Positions 26,323 to 35,851 of a DNA stretch of 64,000 bases are shown piece after piece. How positions within the stretch are numbered: position 1 is the stretch's first letter; the number at the start of each line of letters is the position of its first letter. Position numbers and translations under genes: made by a program. Source of the stretch: a virus. The notes under the pieces are model-generated. The model was not told where the DNA came from. It did not search any database and was given only the letters and a program-made list of their open reading frames with translations. The stretch spans positions 4,139 through 68,138 of IMG/VR virus record IMGVR_UViG_3300008108_000337; one strand, written 5' to 3'.

Positions 26323-28863
26323 TTAAGCAAATTGAGTTCCAAATTTATTATCGGTACTCGTTTCAGTTTTTTTCCTTACAACACTTGTAACCTTTGCACT
26401 ATCCATATATACATCTTTATTTGCTAAAAATGCTGCTTTTAATTCTCGTAATTCTGCAATGACACCTTCCATAGAAACCATCGGAGCCCCACCTCCTCCA
26501 CTCATTGAATCTGCTAATCCTGCAGGATTTTTAGTTGCTATTAAGAAGTCATCAGGATGAGTTGATACAACTTGTCCGTTTTGGACTACACCATCATTTA
26601 TCGATTCACCTGATTCATTTGTTGGTGGAGCAGCTGAGCCAAGTGTACCAAATGAAACGGTATTAAGAAGGTCTCCTGCTTTAACTAATGGTTGGATAAG
26701 ATATTCATCTATAACACTTGATATGGATTGAATACCTTCTGTCAAAAACATTATAAAATCCATAACCGGAGTTAATACAAATGCTAAACCTTCTGCTATA
26801 AATCCAATAACTTCAAATATTTTTCCCATTCCCCAAACCATAAAATCTATAAAGTAACCCATTGGTCCAGCATCTACTTGTGCGGCAAATAAATCACCTA
26901 ACTTTCGAAATATCTCCATAATAGGTTCTATTGCTTCCATTGTTTTTGATTTTAATTCTTTAAATTTATCAAACAATGGTTGTAATCTTTCTACAACTCT
27001 TTGAATAGGTGTGATTAACATTTCTAATATCGCCCCACCTATTGCATATATTGGCCCAACTACTGCCTGAAATACATCATTCATAGCACCAAGAACACCA
27101 AAAATTATACTGAATAACGCTCCAAAAAATTTCATTATTGGTCTTACAATTACACCCATATTTTTCATTTGGTCTAACAAGTTATTCATAATAGTTGAAC
27201 CAAGAGGAGCCATCATGTCCATAAATCCAGTACTCAAAGAACTAACTTCATTTTTCAATGCATCGGTTACTGATTGCATCTCTTGTTGTTTTGCTAGTTT
27301 ATCGGTCTGTGCCTTTAAATCGGCCTCGGATAATTCGGATATATCTTTACCCGCATCAGCAAGAGCTAATGCAGCTGCTAAATTTTCTTTATCTAAAACT
27401 CCAAATCGTTCTCTAATTTTTTGTTGAGTTGCTAGAGATTCGATTGTCATATTACTTGCTTCTGCAATTTTTTCTTGTTCAAAGGAATTGAGTTTTGTTA
27501 CATCACCTAACTTCATCACCTCATCAACCACAGCTTGTTGAGCACCAAGTACATCTTTGGTTGCTGCTAGTTGTCTTGCTCTACCAAAATTTAAATTTTG
27601 GCCTAACATAGCAGATGCTTCTAATTCAGATGATATAGATTTTTCAAAATCTAATAAATTATCTGCTACTTTACCTGCTTCTCCAATAGAGGTTCCTAAT
27701 TTAGCTGCTTCAACTGCTGCATTTCTTAATTCTTCAGCCGAACCTCCAAAGTATTTGTAAGCATATTCGGAATTATCCGCCATATCCTTAATAACCTTAT
27801 CAGGTGAAACACCTGCCAATTTGGCCATTTCAACAGTTTGACCTATTAATGCTTGAGATTGTTCTGCAGTTAAATCTCCAATGTTTTGGAATACTTTATT
27901 TAATTTCGTTGCTTCGGTTATCGAAACTCCAAAGTTCTTGTTTAATACTAAAATAGAACCCATTACAGCTTCAGATGGTTGTTGTAATCCATCAAATGCA
28001 TTTGTAAATTCGGCTGCTGCTTTTGCTGCGTTTTCGGCACTTACACCTAAATTAGCGAAATCAACATTCGTATTACGAATGTTTTGTTGCATTCCTCTTG
28101 TTTGGGAAACTAATAAACCAGTTTCCTCTCTAAAAGCTTTTGCTGCTTGGTCAAGTTCCGAGAATCTCTTTATTGCCATAGCGATTGTTGCCACTACTGC
28201 AGCAACTACTATTAATACTGCACCAATTGCAATTGCAGTTGCAGCTGCACCAGTTGAAAGACCACCCATTGCACCTCTTAGAGCAGTTATAACACCTTGA
28301 CCTTGCCCTAAATTACTTGCAAAATTTGTAGTAAATTGTTTTGATGCAACTCCTAATTGTTGTTTAAAAACCGAAGAACCCATTTTACCAAGTTTGGATA
28401 GCATACCACCAACTAGGGGAATTTCATCGAACGTATCAACTAAACCATCAAAAGCATCACCCATGCTACTTCCTAACTTTTGTGCAGCATCATCTACCTT
28501 TTGTATAGTGGTTAATCTTTTTAAATCTAATTGTAATCCTTCATTTGTTATTTGTAAAGCAGCTACCCTTTGTTCAACATCTTTTCTATTTGCATCAGTA
28601 ATACCTCTTTGGAGATTATTTATTGCCTTATTATTTTTTATAATTTGTTTTTGAACATCTTCGGAATCTTCTAAACTTTTTACCGAACTTTGTAAATTTT
28701 GAATATATTTTTTTGTAGCACTACTTATATCATTTGTGTTATTAATTTGGTCTTCTAAATCTTGAACTATTGCACCAGCTATTGATTGAGATACTCTTAA
28801 TGCCTCATTATATTCATTTTGTAATTTTAGTATTTCTCTTTGTTGCTGGGAATTGTTTAACAT
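26323..28863 (-). CDS. tail tape measure protein
   Basis: 846 aa, Ala/Leu-rich helical coiled coil with hydrophobic stretches; canonical position after tube and chaperone. Confidence 0.8.
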   Translation of the reverse strand: MLNNSQQQREILKLQNEYNEALRVSQSIAGAIVQDLEDQINNTNDISSATKKYIQNLQSSVKSLEDSEDVQKQIIKNNKAINNLQRGITDANRKDVEQRVAALQITNEGLQLDLKRLTTIQKVDDAAQKLGSSMGDAFDGLVDTFDEIPLVGGMLSKLGKMGSSVFKQQLGVASKQFTTNFASNLGQGQGVITALRGAMGGLSTGAAATAIAIGAVLIVVAAVVATIAMAIKRFSELDQAAKAFREETGLLVSQTRGMQQNIRNTNVDFANLGVSAENAAKAAAEFTNAFDGLQQPSEAVMGSILVLNKNFGVSITEATKLNKVFQNIGDLTAEQSQALIGQTVEMAKLAGVSPDKVIKDMADNSEYAYKYFGGSAEELRNAAVEAAKLGTSIGEAGKVADNLLDFEKSISSELEASAMLGQNLNFGRARQLAATKDVLGAQQAVVDEVMKLGDVTKLNSFEQEKIAEASNMTIESLATQQKIRERFGVLDKENLAAALALADAGKDISELSEADLKAQTDKLAKQQEMQSVTDALKNEVSSLSTGFMDMMAPLGSTIMNNLLDQMKNMGVIVRPIMKFFGALFSIIFGVLGAMNDVFQAVVGPIYAIGGAILEMLITPIQRVVERLQPLFDKFKELKSKTMEAIEPIMEIFRKLGDLFAAQVDAGPMGYFIDFMVWGMGKIFEVIGFIAEGLAFVLTPVMDFIMFLTEGIQSISSVIDEYLIQPLVKAGDLLNTVSFGTLGSAAPPTNESGESINDGVVQNGQVVSTHPDDFLIATKNPAGLADSMSGGGGAPMVSMEGVIAELRELKAAFLANKDVYMDSAKVTSVVRKKTETSTDNKFGTQFA

Positions 28864-28874
28864 TTTTTAAAATC

Positions 28875-29126
28875 TTATCTAATGTTTAAAATAGCTTTGT
28901 ATGTATGAGGAATTCTTTCTCCGTTTTTTTGCATTCTTTCTACTTTTTTACGAAGGGTATCCATATCATTATCCAAACTTCTAGCAAGTTTCAAAAAATC
29001 GTCATCTTTTTCTAAATTTGAAACCATTTTTTTTCCAAAAATGTAATCAACAACACCTTCTTTCATATCGTGTTTTTTCGATATAAATTCTTTTATTTTA
29101 TTTTTTTTTGTTTCAGTAAGTTTCAT
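28875..29126 (-). CDS. hypothetical protein
   Basis: 83-aa ORF with its own upstream ATATTTAT motif. Confidence 0.7.
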   Translation of the reverse strand: MKLTETKKNKIKEFISKKHDMKEGVVDYIFGKKMVSNLEKDDDFLKLARSLDNDMDTLRKKVERMQKNGERIPHTYKAILNIR

Positions 29127-29165
29127 TTTAGTTTATCTCCAATTATACTCTAATAAATATTAAAT

Positions 29166-29201
29166 AAAAAAAAATGTGAGGAGTTTTACCTTCTCACATT
29201 T
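29166..29201 (-). terminator. rho-independent terminator
   Basis: AATGTGAGAAG...CTCCTCACATT hairpin followed by a U-run on the minus strand. Confidence 0.7.
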
Positions 29202-29410
29202 ACATTTGGGCCACTTACAGCTGATTTAGATTTCTGAGATTGTTTTACATCTTCTTGTTCTCTTTTTTTAGTATCTATCAATTGTTTGTAGTAGAAATTT
29301 CGTATGTGTATTGGTAATCGATAAACTCCTTCTTGAGTAAATCCATTACCAAAATAACATAATTCAAAAATTTGTTTATGAAGTATAATTGAATAATTAC
29401 TCGGAAGGCC
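29186..29410 (-). CDS. frameshift extension of the tail assembly chaperone (74 codons, no ATG)
   Basis: GLPSNYSIILHKQIFELCYFGNGFTQEGVYRLPIHIRNFYYKQLIDTKKREQE...; lies in the +1/-2 frame from the GGG TTT TTT TGG site of the upstream gene. Confidence 0.75.
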   Translation of the reverse strand, partial: GLPSNYSIILHKQIFELCYFGNGFTQEGVYRLPIHIRNFYYKQLIDTKKREQEDVKQSQKSKSAVSGPNVNVRR

Positions 29411-30152
29411 AAAAAAACCCTACGCCCATTGGAATCGAGCGTACCTCCTTTTCTCCCGTTTGGGGGTCTTCATATTCAAACTCCATTTTCACATCTGGTT
29501 GTATTTTTTTAATGTATTCTCTAAATGCTTTAGTATCTCTAGTTAAGAATTGGTTGTTGATAAAATTTGTGATAGCACCAGTATCAGTTTTACCATTTAC
29601 AGAAACAATCATGTATCTATATCTAGTTGTTAATTCAGCACCTAAAGCACCTTTATTTAATCTTTGTAGTGATTTTATATCGGCATCTATCTTTTTTTCA
29701 TCACCATGTGTCAATAATCTAAATTCTAATTGATTACCATTTGATGTTGTAAATTTATATTTATTTTCTCGAGTTAATAAAGTAGTATCAACTTCTTTTA
29801 CCTGAACTTTTGATAAATCAACAACTACATCTTCTTTTTCATCTAAATTGTTTGTAAGTTGAATATTATATTCAGGTCCATATCCCAAAATACGAGTTGC
29901 TAACATAATAGCATTTTTATCACCAAGTAAAATATCATCAACATTGATTTTACTATCTACTATAATAGATTCAAATAATTTATCTAAAACTATACCTTTT
30001 TTAATTAAATTTTGAGATGTTAAGATTTCTTCTTCTTTTGCAGTCATGTATTTAATTTCTATTTGACCAGAAGAGAGAGGATTTGATTCAGGATAACATA
30101 ATCCTTGAGATGGAAGTGAAATTACTTCGGTTGGAAAATCATAATTTGCCAT
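29397..30152 (-). CDS. tail/baseplate-hub assembly chaperone (T4 gp26-like)
   Basis: PTEVISLPSQG, IEIKYMTAKEEEIL and GDKNAIMLATRILGYG; ends GFFWP; lies between tube and tape measure. Confidence 0.75.
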   Translation of the reverse strand: MANYDFPTEVISLPSQGLCYPESNPLSSGQIEIKYMTAKEEEILTSQNLIKKGIVLDKLFESIIVDSKINVDDILLGDKNAIMLATRILGYGPEYNIQLTNNLDEKEDVVVDLSKVQVKEVDTTLLTRENKYKFTTSNGNQLEFRLLTHGDEKKIDADIKSLQRLNKGALGAELTTRYRYMIVSVNGKTDTGAITNFINNQFLTRDTKAFREYIKKIQPDVKMEFEYEDPQTGEKEVRSIPMGVGFFWPSE

Positions 30153-30205
30153 AATAAACCTTTATTTTGTTGTTTGTATATAAATATATAAATTAAAAAA
30201 AGTTG

Positions 30206-30238
30206 AAAAAAAAAGAGTTCTCATTTCGAGAACTCTCT
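30206..30238 (-). terminator. rho-independent terminator after the tail tube gene
   Basis: GAGTTCTC-GAAAT-GAGAACTC hairpin followed by U9. Confidence 0.85.
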
Positions 30239-30262
30239 TGTATAAGAAAATGAAATAATGTA

Positions 30263-30754
30263 TTAGAATTCCAAGATTGCGTAATCGTAAGAAATTGTTA
30301 ATTCGATTGTAGCAGGGTCGGTACCAGTTGCCCAATCCAAATCACCAAAGTTAGCTTGAGAAATGAAAGCTCCTTTTAGAGTCCATTGTTCGATTTTATC
30401 ACCCACAGGACCTAACATATAACATTGAATATCTTTTTTATACATATCAGCATATCCATTTCTACCAGTTAATGATTCGTGAGATAAACGTATCCACTCC
30501 ATTACCGCTTGTGCTCCTGAAGGAACAATTGGGTCATAAAGAGTCATTGTAATATCTTGCCACTCACCCTTGCCTTTAAGTTGTCTTTTTACGTTAATGT
30601 GATCCAGAGTAACCTTTTCAAATTGAATTGTAGGTCTTTGAGATGCTTTTATTAAATATGAAGGAATACCACCTACTTCGAAGATGAAGCGGTTCTTCAT
30701 CTTCGGTTCGAAATTGGTATAGAACATATCGTTAAATTCTAATACTTCTGCCAT
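30263..30754 (-). CDS. tail tube protein (gp19-like)
   Basis: FEPKMKNRF, WQDITMTLYDPI, EQWTLKGAF...FGDLDW, LTISYDYA; follows the sheath gene. Confidence 0.9.
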   Translation of the reverse strand: MAEVLEFNDMFYTNFEPKMKNRFIFEVGGIPSYLIKASQRPTIQFEKVTLDHINVKRQLKGKGEWQDITMTLYDPIVPSGAQAVMEWIRLSHESLTGRNGYADMYKKDIQCYMLGPVGDKIEQWTLKGAFISQANFGDLDWATGTDPATIELTISYDYAILEF

Positions 30755-30806
30755 TTTTTATTTTCTCCTATTATACTAATAAATATAATTTTTTTTATTT
30801 TTTAAA

Positions 30807-33131
30807 TTATGAACTGAATGATGCACCAGTTGGTAAGATGTTGAAATCCAACACGATGAATTCAGCAGTTCTTGTTGGTTGTAAGAAAATCTGTCCAGCC
30901 AAGATGTTTCTATCAATTACATCAGGTGTATTGTTAGTTTCATCCATTACAACTCTGAATGCGAATAAACCTTGTCTTTGTTGGATTCCTTCCAAGTAAG
31001 GATTTACTGTATTCAAGAATCTTGAACGAGTTTGTGATGTATTTTGTTCGAATACCAAGTATCTTGAAGTAGATGCAATGTATTTCTTAACTTTAATCAA
31101 CAATCTTCTTACATTGATTCTATCCAATGCAGATGCTCTATCTTGAAGAGTTTTCTGTCCAAATGCCACGATACCCTCTCCAGGGAATTGAGCGATTGGG
31201 TTTACTTTGTTCTCATATAGAGTATCTCTTTCAGCATGAGTTAATCTATTCAATACACTAACTGCTCCAGTGATACCACCTCTATTCAAACCAGCTGGTG
31301 CGAACCATTCTGCTGCAATAGCATCATTGGCTGCGTAAATTCCTGGCATTAATACTGATGGTGGAACAATTGTTAATTTATTTGTTCTTGAATCGATTGT
31401 TTTAACCCAAGGGTAGTATGCACCTACATAGTTAGAATCTACATTTTGTGCTTCCAATGTTACCAAATCAATTGAATCATCGTAATCACTCAATTCACCA
31501 ATGTAGAATGCATCTTCTCTAGCTTCTACCATATCAACAATCTTATCGAATACATAAGAGTGTAATCTTCTAACAACACCAGGTGCAGCTACCAAGTTGA
31601 TATCAAAATCATCAGGGTTAGATACTGCGTTAATAGCTTTTACATAAGCAATTGAACCACTTGTTGTAGGATTAGCTAAGTTAAATCCTTGTGAATTACC
31701 AGAACCCCATTCAGTATCATTATTTTTTGCCAAAGCGTGTTTTATAGTTGGAGATACTCCATCAAATCCACCTTGGAATGCTACTGTAAATTGTCTTTTT
31801 GCAACATCAGTAGTGTTTGAACCAGTCAATAAATAATTAAATGGTGCATTATCAAATGTGAAACTTGTATTTGAACCAGTACTAGCATTGTTTGGAATTG
31901 GTGCCAAGAAGTAGTTATTATCTACTCTTACAACTGCAGTTTCCAAATCTATACCCGAATATCTAAATGTAGATGATGCATTGTTATCTGCAGAACCAGT
32001 TGAGAAAACAACTGCAGGTGTGATTGAATCTAATCCTCTTATTGGAGAATAATATGGTTGGTGTCCGAAAGGTCCTGCCGTAACTGGGAAAGAACCTTCT
32101 TCGGAAACTTCTACTCTAACCAATCTTGAACGATTCGTATAATCACCATTCATTGTCATTTTACCATTCTCATCAATAGTGATGTTTTGGTCACCAATTA
32201 CTTTTAAGATGTAATTTGGAGATAATGGATCTAAATTTACATTGTTGTAAGTTTCTAAAATAGATTTTCTTCTATCAGTATCAGAGTAACCTCTAATTAC
32301 AATAGAGAAAGTTGCATAATCAGTTGCGTTTGATTCACCTGCTGCTTTTATATTAAAAATTGAAATTTTGTATTCAGTATTAGCATAAGTACCATCACCA
32401 ATAGTATGGAAACGGAATAGTTGATGTGTTTCACCTGAAATTTCTTGTGATATAATCCAAGGAGTGGAAGCATAAGAACAATCTTGGTCTACAAAACTTT
32501 GTTCTCCTAAACTTACCAATGAAACTTCTGAACCAGATGATATATTAAATGTTGATATAGCTGCATTTTCAAAAAATTGAGATACATAAACACCCTTGGA
32601 ACCTCTTGGATTTCCACCAAATACATCTGATAAATCATTTCCAGCAGTGTATAGGATAGATGCAGAGATTTCTGTGTTATATGCAGAATCAGAACCACTT
32701 AGTGTAATACTGAATGCAGAAGATGATTCTTGAGCATCAATAGAAGCAGTGATAGCATCACCGTTACCTGATGTTGTCCAGTGATGAGTTGATTTTAGAA
32801 CACCAACTAATTTTTCTCCGTTTGAACCTGATACTTTAATACCAACAGTTCCTCGTTGAGTATATCCACCGATATGACCAACACGAACAATAGTTACTGT
32901 TCCAGCTTCTCTTAAATAATTTTGAACCGCGTAACCAGTATAGTATGAACCATCTGGTGTACCGAAAATTGATTCAAATTCTGATTGGGTGTTTACTACG
33001 GTTGGAACGAAAGCAGGTCCTTTAGCAAAAGGTCCAATTATTGCTGCTCCGATTTCACCAATACCTTGAGATAAAAATGATTGGTCATTTTCTCTTGTAA
33101 ATACACCAGGTGATACAATCTTTTCTGCCAT
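30807..33131 (-). CDS. tail sheath protein (gp18-like)
   Basis: SPGVFTRENDQS, GPFAKGP, YYPWV, WFAPAGLNRG, GQKTLQ..ASALDRINVRRL and PTRTAEFI. Confidence 0.97.
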   Translation of the reverse strand: MAEKIVSPGVFTRENDQSFLSQGIGEIGAAIIGPFAKGPAFVPTVVNTQSEFESIFGTPDGSYYTGYAVQNYLREAGTVTIVRVGHIGGYTQRGTVGIKVSGSNGEKLVGVLKSTHHWTTSGNGDAITASIDAQESSSAFSITLSGSDSAYNTEISASILYTAGNDLSDVFGGNPRGSKGVYVSQFFENAAISTFNISSGSEVSLVSLGEQSFVDQDCSYASTPWIISQEISGETHQLFRFHTIGDGTYANTEYKISIFNIKAAGESNATDYATFSIVIRGYSDTDRRKSILETYNNVNLDPLSPNYILKVIGDQNITIDENGKMTMNGDYTNRSRLVRVEVSEEGSFPVTAGPFGHQPYYSPIRGLDSITPAVVFSTGSADNNASSTFRYSGIDLETAVVRVDNNYFLAPIPNNASTGSNTSFTFDNAPFNYLLTGSNTTDVAKRQFTVAFQGGFDGVSPTIKHALAKNNDTEWGSGNSQGFNLANPTTSGSIAYVKAINAVSNPDDFDINLVAAPGVVRRLHSYVFDKIVDMVEAREDAFYIGELSDYDDSIDLVTLEAQNVDSNYVGAYYPWVKTIDSRTNKLTIVPPSVLMPGIYAANDAIAAEWFAPAGLNRGGITGAVSVLNRLTHAERDTLYENKVNPIAQFPGEGIVAFGQKTLQDRASALDRINVRRLLIKVKKYIASTSRYLVFEQNTSQTRSRFLNTVNPYLEGIQQRQGLFAFRVVMDETNNTPDVIDRNILAGQIFLQPTRTAEFIVLDFNILPTGASFSS

Positions 33132-33210
33132 TTTATATTACTCCTTTATAATTTCAATTGTGTAATGATACGAATATAAATATTATTTACTTTTTGTAAA
33201 GAATATTTTT

Positions 33211-33492
33211 TTACTGATTAACCTGATTATTTATGGGAGTAAATATGCCAGTATTTGGGTCATAATTACCATCACCATACTTTTCATTCAAACTTTTAAA
33301 TAATTCTTGTTCTTTTTCTACTAAATCTTGATGTTGTTTGAATAGTTGAGTTTCAATTTCATCTACTTCATCGTTTCTTCTTTTTCTCTCAACTGAAAGT
33401 TGTCCTAATTGAGTAAAAACGAGTTCAACATCGGTTTTTAATTGATTAATTGAATTGATTTCTTCTTGTGTAAACTTGATTTGTTCCATCAT
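33211..33492 (-). CDS. small coiled-coil protein (possible fibre chaperone)
   Basis: Coiled coil ending LNEKYGDGNYDPNTGIF. Confidence 0.7.
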   Translation of the reverse strand: MMEQIKFTQEEINSINQLKTDVELVFTQLGQLSVERKRRNDEVDEIETQLFKQHQDLVEKEQELFKSLNEKYGDGNYDPNTGIFTPINNQVNQ

Positions 33493-33571
33493 TTTGATAT
33501 ATTTAGTTGTTATTTTTTATATATAAATATATGAGGTTTCTCCAAACAACAAAAATAATAATGATTATTTA

Positions 33572-34837
33572 TTAAGATGGAGTATCAATTTGAATAGTAG
33601 CAGACCATGCTCCTTTTAATCCTTGATCAATTGCCCTAACTCTGAAAAAACGAGTTCCTCCAAAAAGGCTAAGTACCTCTACAATATTTGTACTCCATTC
33701 ATCTGCACTATGTGTAATAGTAGTAAATGTGTTAGTTGTAGCTAATTGCCACTCATAAGCAGTAATACCAGTAGTTCCAGTCGATGCAGGAGCAGTCCAA
33801 GTTACATTTGGTTGGGTGTATGAAACACTAGTCGGAGCACCAGGTGCAGGTAAATCAGTATGTGTATTACCACCTTTGTTGTGAGTAATATATCCATTTA
33901 CCATATAGGTATCTTCTGATTCCACATCAATTGAGACAATTTCGGTTGTTTTTTCAACGATTTCTATTAAAGTAATATCAACTTCAGTTCCATCTCCTTT
34001 AACCAACTTATCACCTACCACTAAATTAAACATTTCTTTGAATAGATAATCACCACTTACTGAATCTTTTACCAACATTGGGTGTTCTGAAGTAGCAGTT
34101 ACTTCTCCATTATTAATATCATAATAACGAGATGCAAAAGAATAAGTTAAATTAACAATAGTTACATCTTTTGGGGTAGTAGAAAGCGAATTAGTGGACC
34201 AATCCAAGAAAGTTCCATCTGAATCTTCACTTAAACCACCGATTGAGAACCCTTTTAGTAAATCACCTTCATTTAAATCACCTGCTTCTACGATTGTTCC
34301 ATCTGCAAGGGTTACTGGTGAATCGATAGTTAAACATAAAGCAGTTGAGTTTCCATCATATGAATCCACCGAATAAACGGTCTTTGTTCTTGCAGTGTTA
34401 TATCTAACTGCGTGTTGATTGAATCCATCTGCGAAAGTTGCAGAAACTGTATGTAATAATACTGGTTGTAAAACAGTTTGGGTAGGTGCATTTGTCATAT
34501 TACCTACTGCTATAGTAGCAGAAACACCATTATTTGCAGAAACTGATAATTTATCACCACCGGTGATACCCCAAGTAACATTTGAACCTCTACCACTTAT
34601 TTGAGAAAATCTACTACCCCCTCCAGTAGTTCCTAATGTATATGTCTCGGAGGTGTTTTCTACTGCATAGGTAAATCCCGATACGTCATCTATTGAATCT
34701 ACAGCGTAGAACGAAAGACCGGTTGTAACTGCAGAACCACGAATATTACCAAGTGAAACATTGGAATTTTGTGTAAATCCAGTTGCTCCTGCTAAATTAT
34801 TGAGTGATAGAGTATCTCCTGAAGTAAGTGTTGGCAT
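33572..34837 (-). CDS. Hint (intein-like) domain protein with C-terminal FN3 domain
   Basis: Hint domain at 34336..33878: CLTIDSPV...ATSEHPMLV...LVVGDKL...VSIDVE..DTYMVNGYITHN|K. Followed by PGAPT...WTAP...YEWQ...FRVRA (FN3). Confidence 0.88.
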   Translation of the reverse strand: MPTLTSGDTLSLNNLAGATGFTQNSNVSLGNIRGSAVTTGLSFYAVDSIDDVSGFTYAVENTSETYTLGTTGGGSRFSQISGRGSNVTWGITGGDKLSVSANNGVSATIAVGNMTNAPTQTVLQPVLLHTVSATFADGFNQHAVRYNTARTKTVYSVDSYDGNSTALCLTIDSPVTLADGTIVEAGDLNEGDLLKGFSIGGLSEDSDGTFLDWSTNSLSTTPKDVTIVNLTYSFASRYYDINNGEVTATSEHPMLVKDSVSGDYLFKEMFNLVVGDKLVKGDGTEVDITLIEIVEKTTEIVSIDVESEDTYMVNGYITHNKGGNTHTDLPAPGAPTSVSYTQPNVTWTAPASTGTTGITAYEWQLATTNTFTTITHSADEWSTNIVEVLSLFGGTRFFRVRAIDQGLKGAWSATIQIDTPS

Positions 34838-34846
34838 ATTTGTTCC

Positions 34847-35845
34847 TTATGTATTATAAATATCAAGTAAATCATCTACCCACTTTTGTTTGTTTGAAAA
34901 ATTCATTATCATAAATGATTTGATTTTATTAAACCAAAAACATTTTTCATCGTAAGGGGTTTCCAATAACTTATTATAAATATCAAGAAACTCCTTTTTA
35001 GTTGAAACTCGATATGGATACTCCAATTCTTTACACCAATTTGTGTGTATTATTGGTAGTTTTCCTCTATCTACTGCTTCAAATATAGAATATCCAAATG
35101 GTTCAGATGAAAACGCAGAATGAGAAATTCCCCAATTCATATTATAGAATTTATCTTTAAAAGTTGAATCGTAATGATATAATTTGGATTTTGATGTATC
35201 TATTTTGGCACCATTTTTCCAAATTGAGTTAAATTCAACTGAATTGGTAAAAATATAAGATTTTAACCCATCTAAATAGTGTGGATTCTTTCTACCTTCA
35301 CATCTAGCAGCAAATCCTAAATTATTTGATTCTGAAAGTGGTAAATCCCATTTAAAATCATAAAAATTACGAATATTCTTGTTTGGAATCAAAATATCGT
35401 ATAATCCTATCCAAATTGAGTGAGTTGCCCACTCATTTACTTGTGTTTCCCATGCAGAATCCAAATAAGGGTGCCAACCAAGTGAAGCATCGGTTCCAAC
35501 TTGGGATTTTATGATATGGTCTACTGAATTATGAAGTATATTTGAGTGAATTTTGTGTTTATTCTCCTCGATTACCTTCATTGGGGTGTAATGACCATGT
35601 AAAATGTTGATTCTCCTTGCATTTCTACAAATTTCTTCAACTTTTTGGATATTATCACCATGCCAATACGCTTCTATTGGAAATTGATAATTTTCGTGTC
35701 CTTTTGGTCTATTTCTATGGAGAATAAGGATGGGTTTTACCTTTAATTTAGGTACAATTAATTCCATCCATAAGTTTACCCAAGTATCAGTTCCTGCATT
35801 TACCCAAGGACCTCCACCGGTTGTGTAATATACATCGTATATCAT
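34847..35845 (-). CDS. GT-B (GT4-like) glycosyltransferase
   Basis: GFAARCEGRKN and EPFGYSIFEA (E-x7-E) donor-binding motifs; N-terminal GG...AG. Confidence 0.8.
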   Translation of the reverse strand: MIYDVYYTTGGGPWVNAGTDTWVNLWMELIVPKLKVKPILILHRNRPKGHENYQFPIEAYWHGDNIQKVEEICRNARRINILHGHYTPMKVIEENKHKIHSNILHNSVDHIIKSQVGTDASLGWHPYLDSAWETQVNEWATHSIWIGLYDILIPNKNIRNFYDFKWDLPLSESNNLGFAARCEGRKNPHYLDGLKSYIFTNSVEFNSIWKNGAKIDTSKSKLYHYDSTFKDKFYNMNWGISHSAFSSEPFGYSIFEAVDRGKLPIIHTNWCKELEYPYRVSTKKEFLDIYNKLLETPYDEKCFWFNKIKSFMIMNFSNKQKWVDDLLDIYNT

Positions 35846-35851
35846 TTAACT

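Noticed and set aside
33878-34336. Canonical mobile intein
   Set aside because: No homing endonuclease, the +1 residue is Lys, and the host protein is not a conserved enzyme. Treated as an intein-like Hint domain instead.
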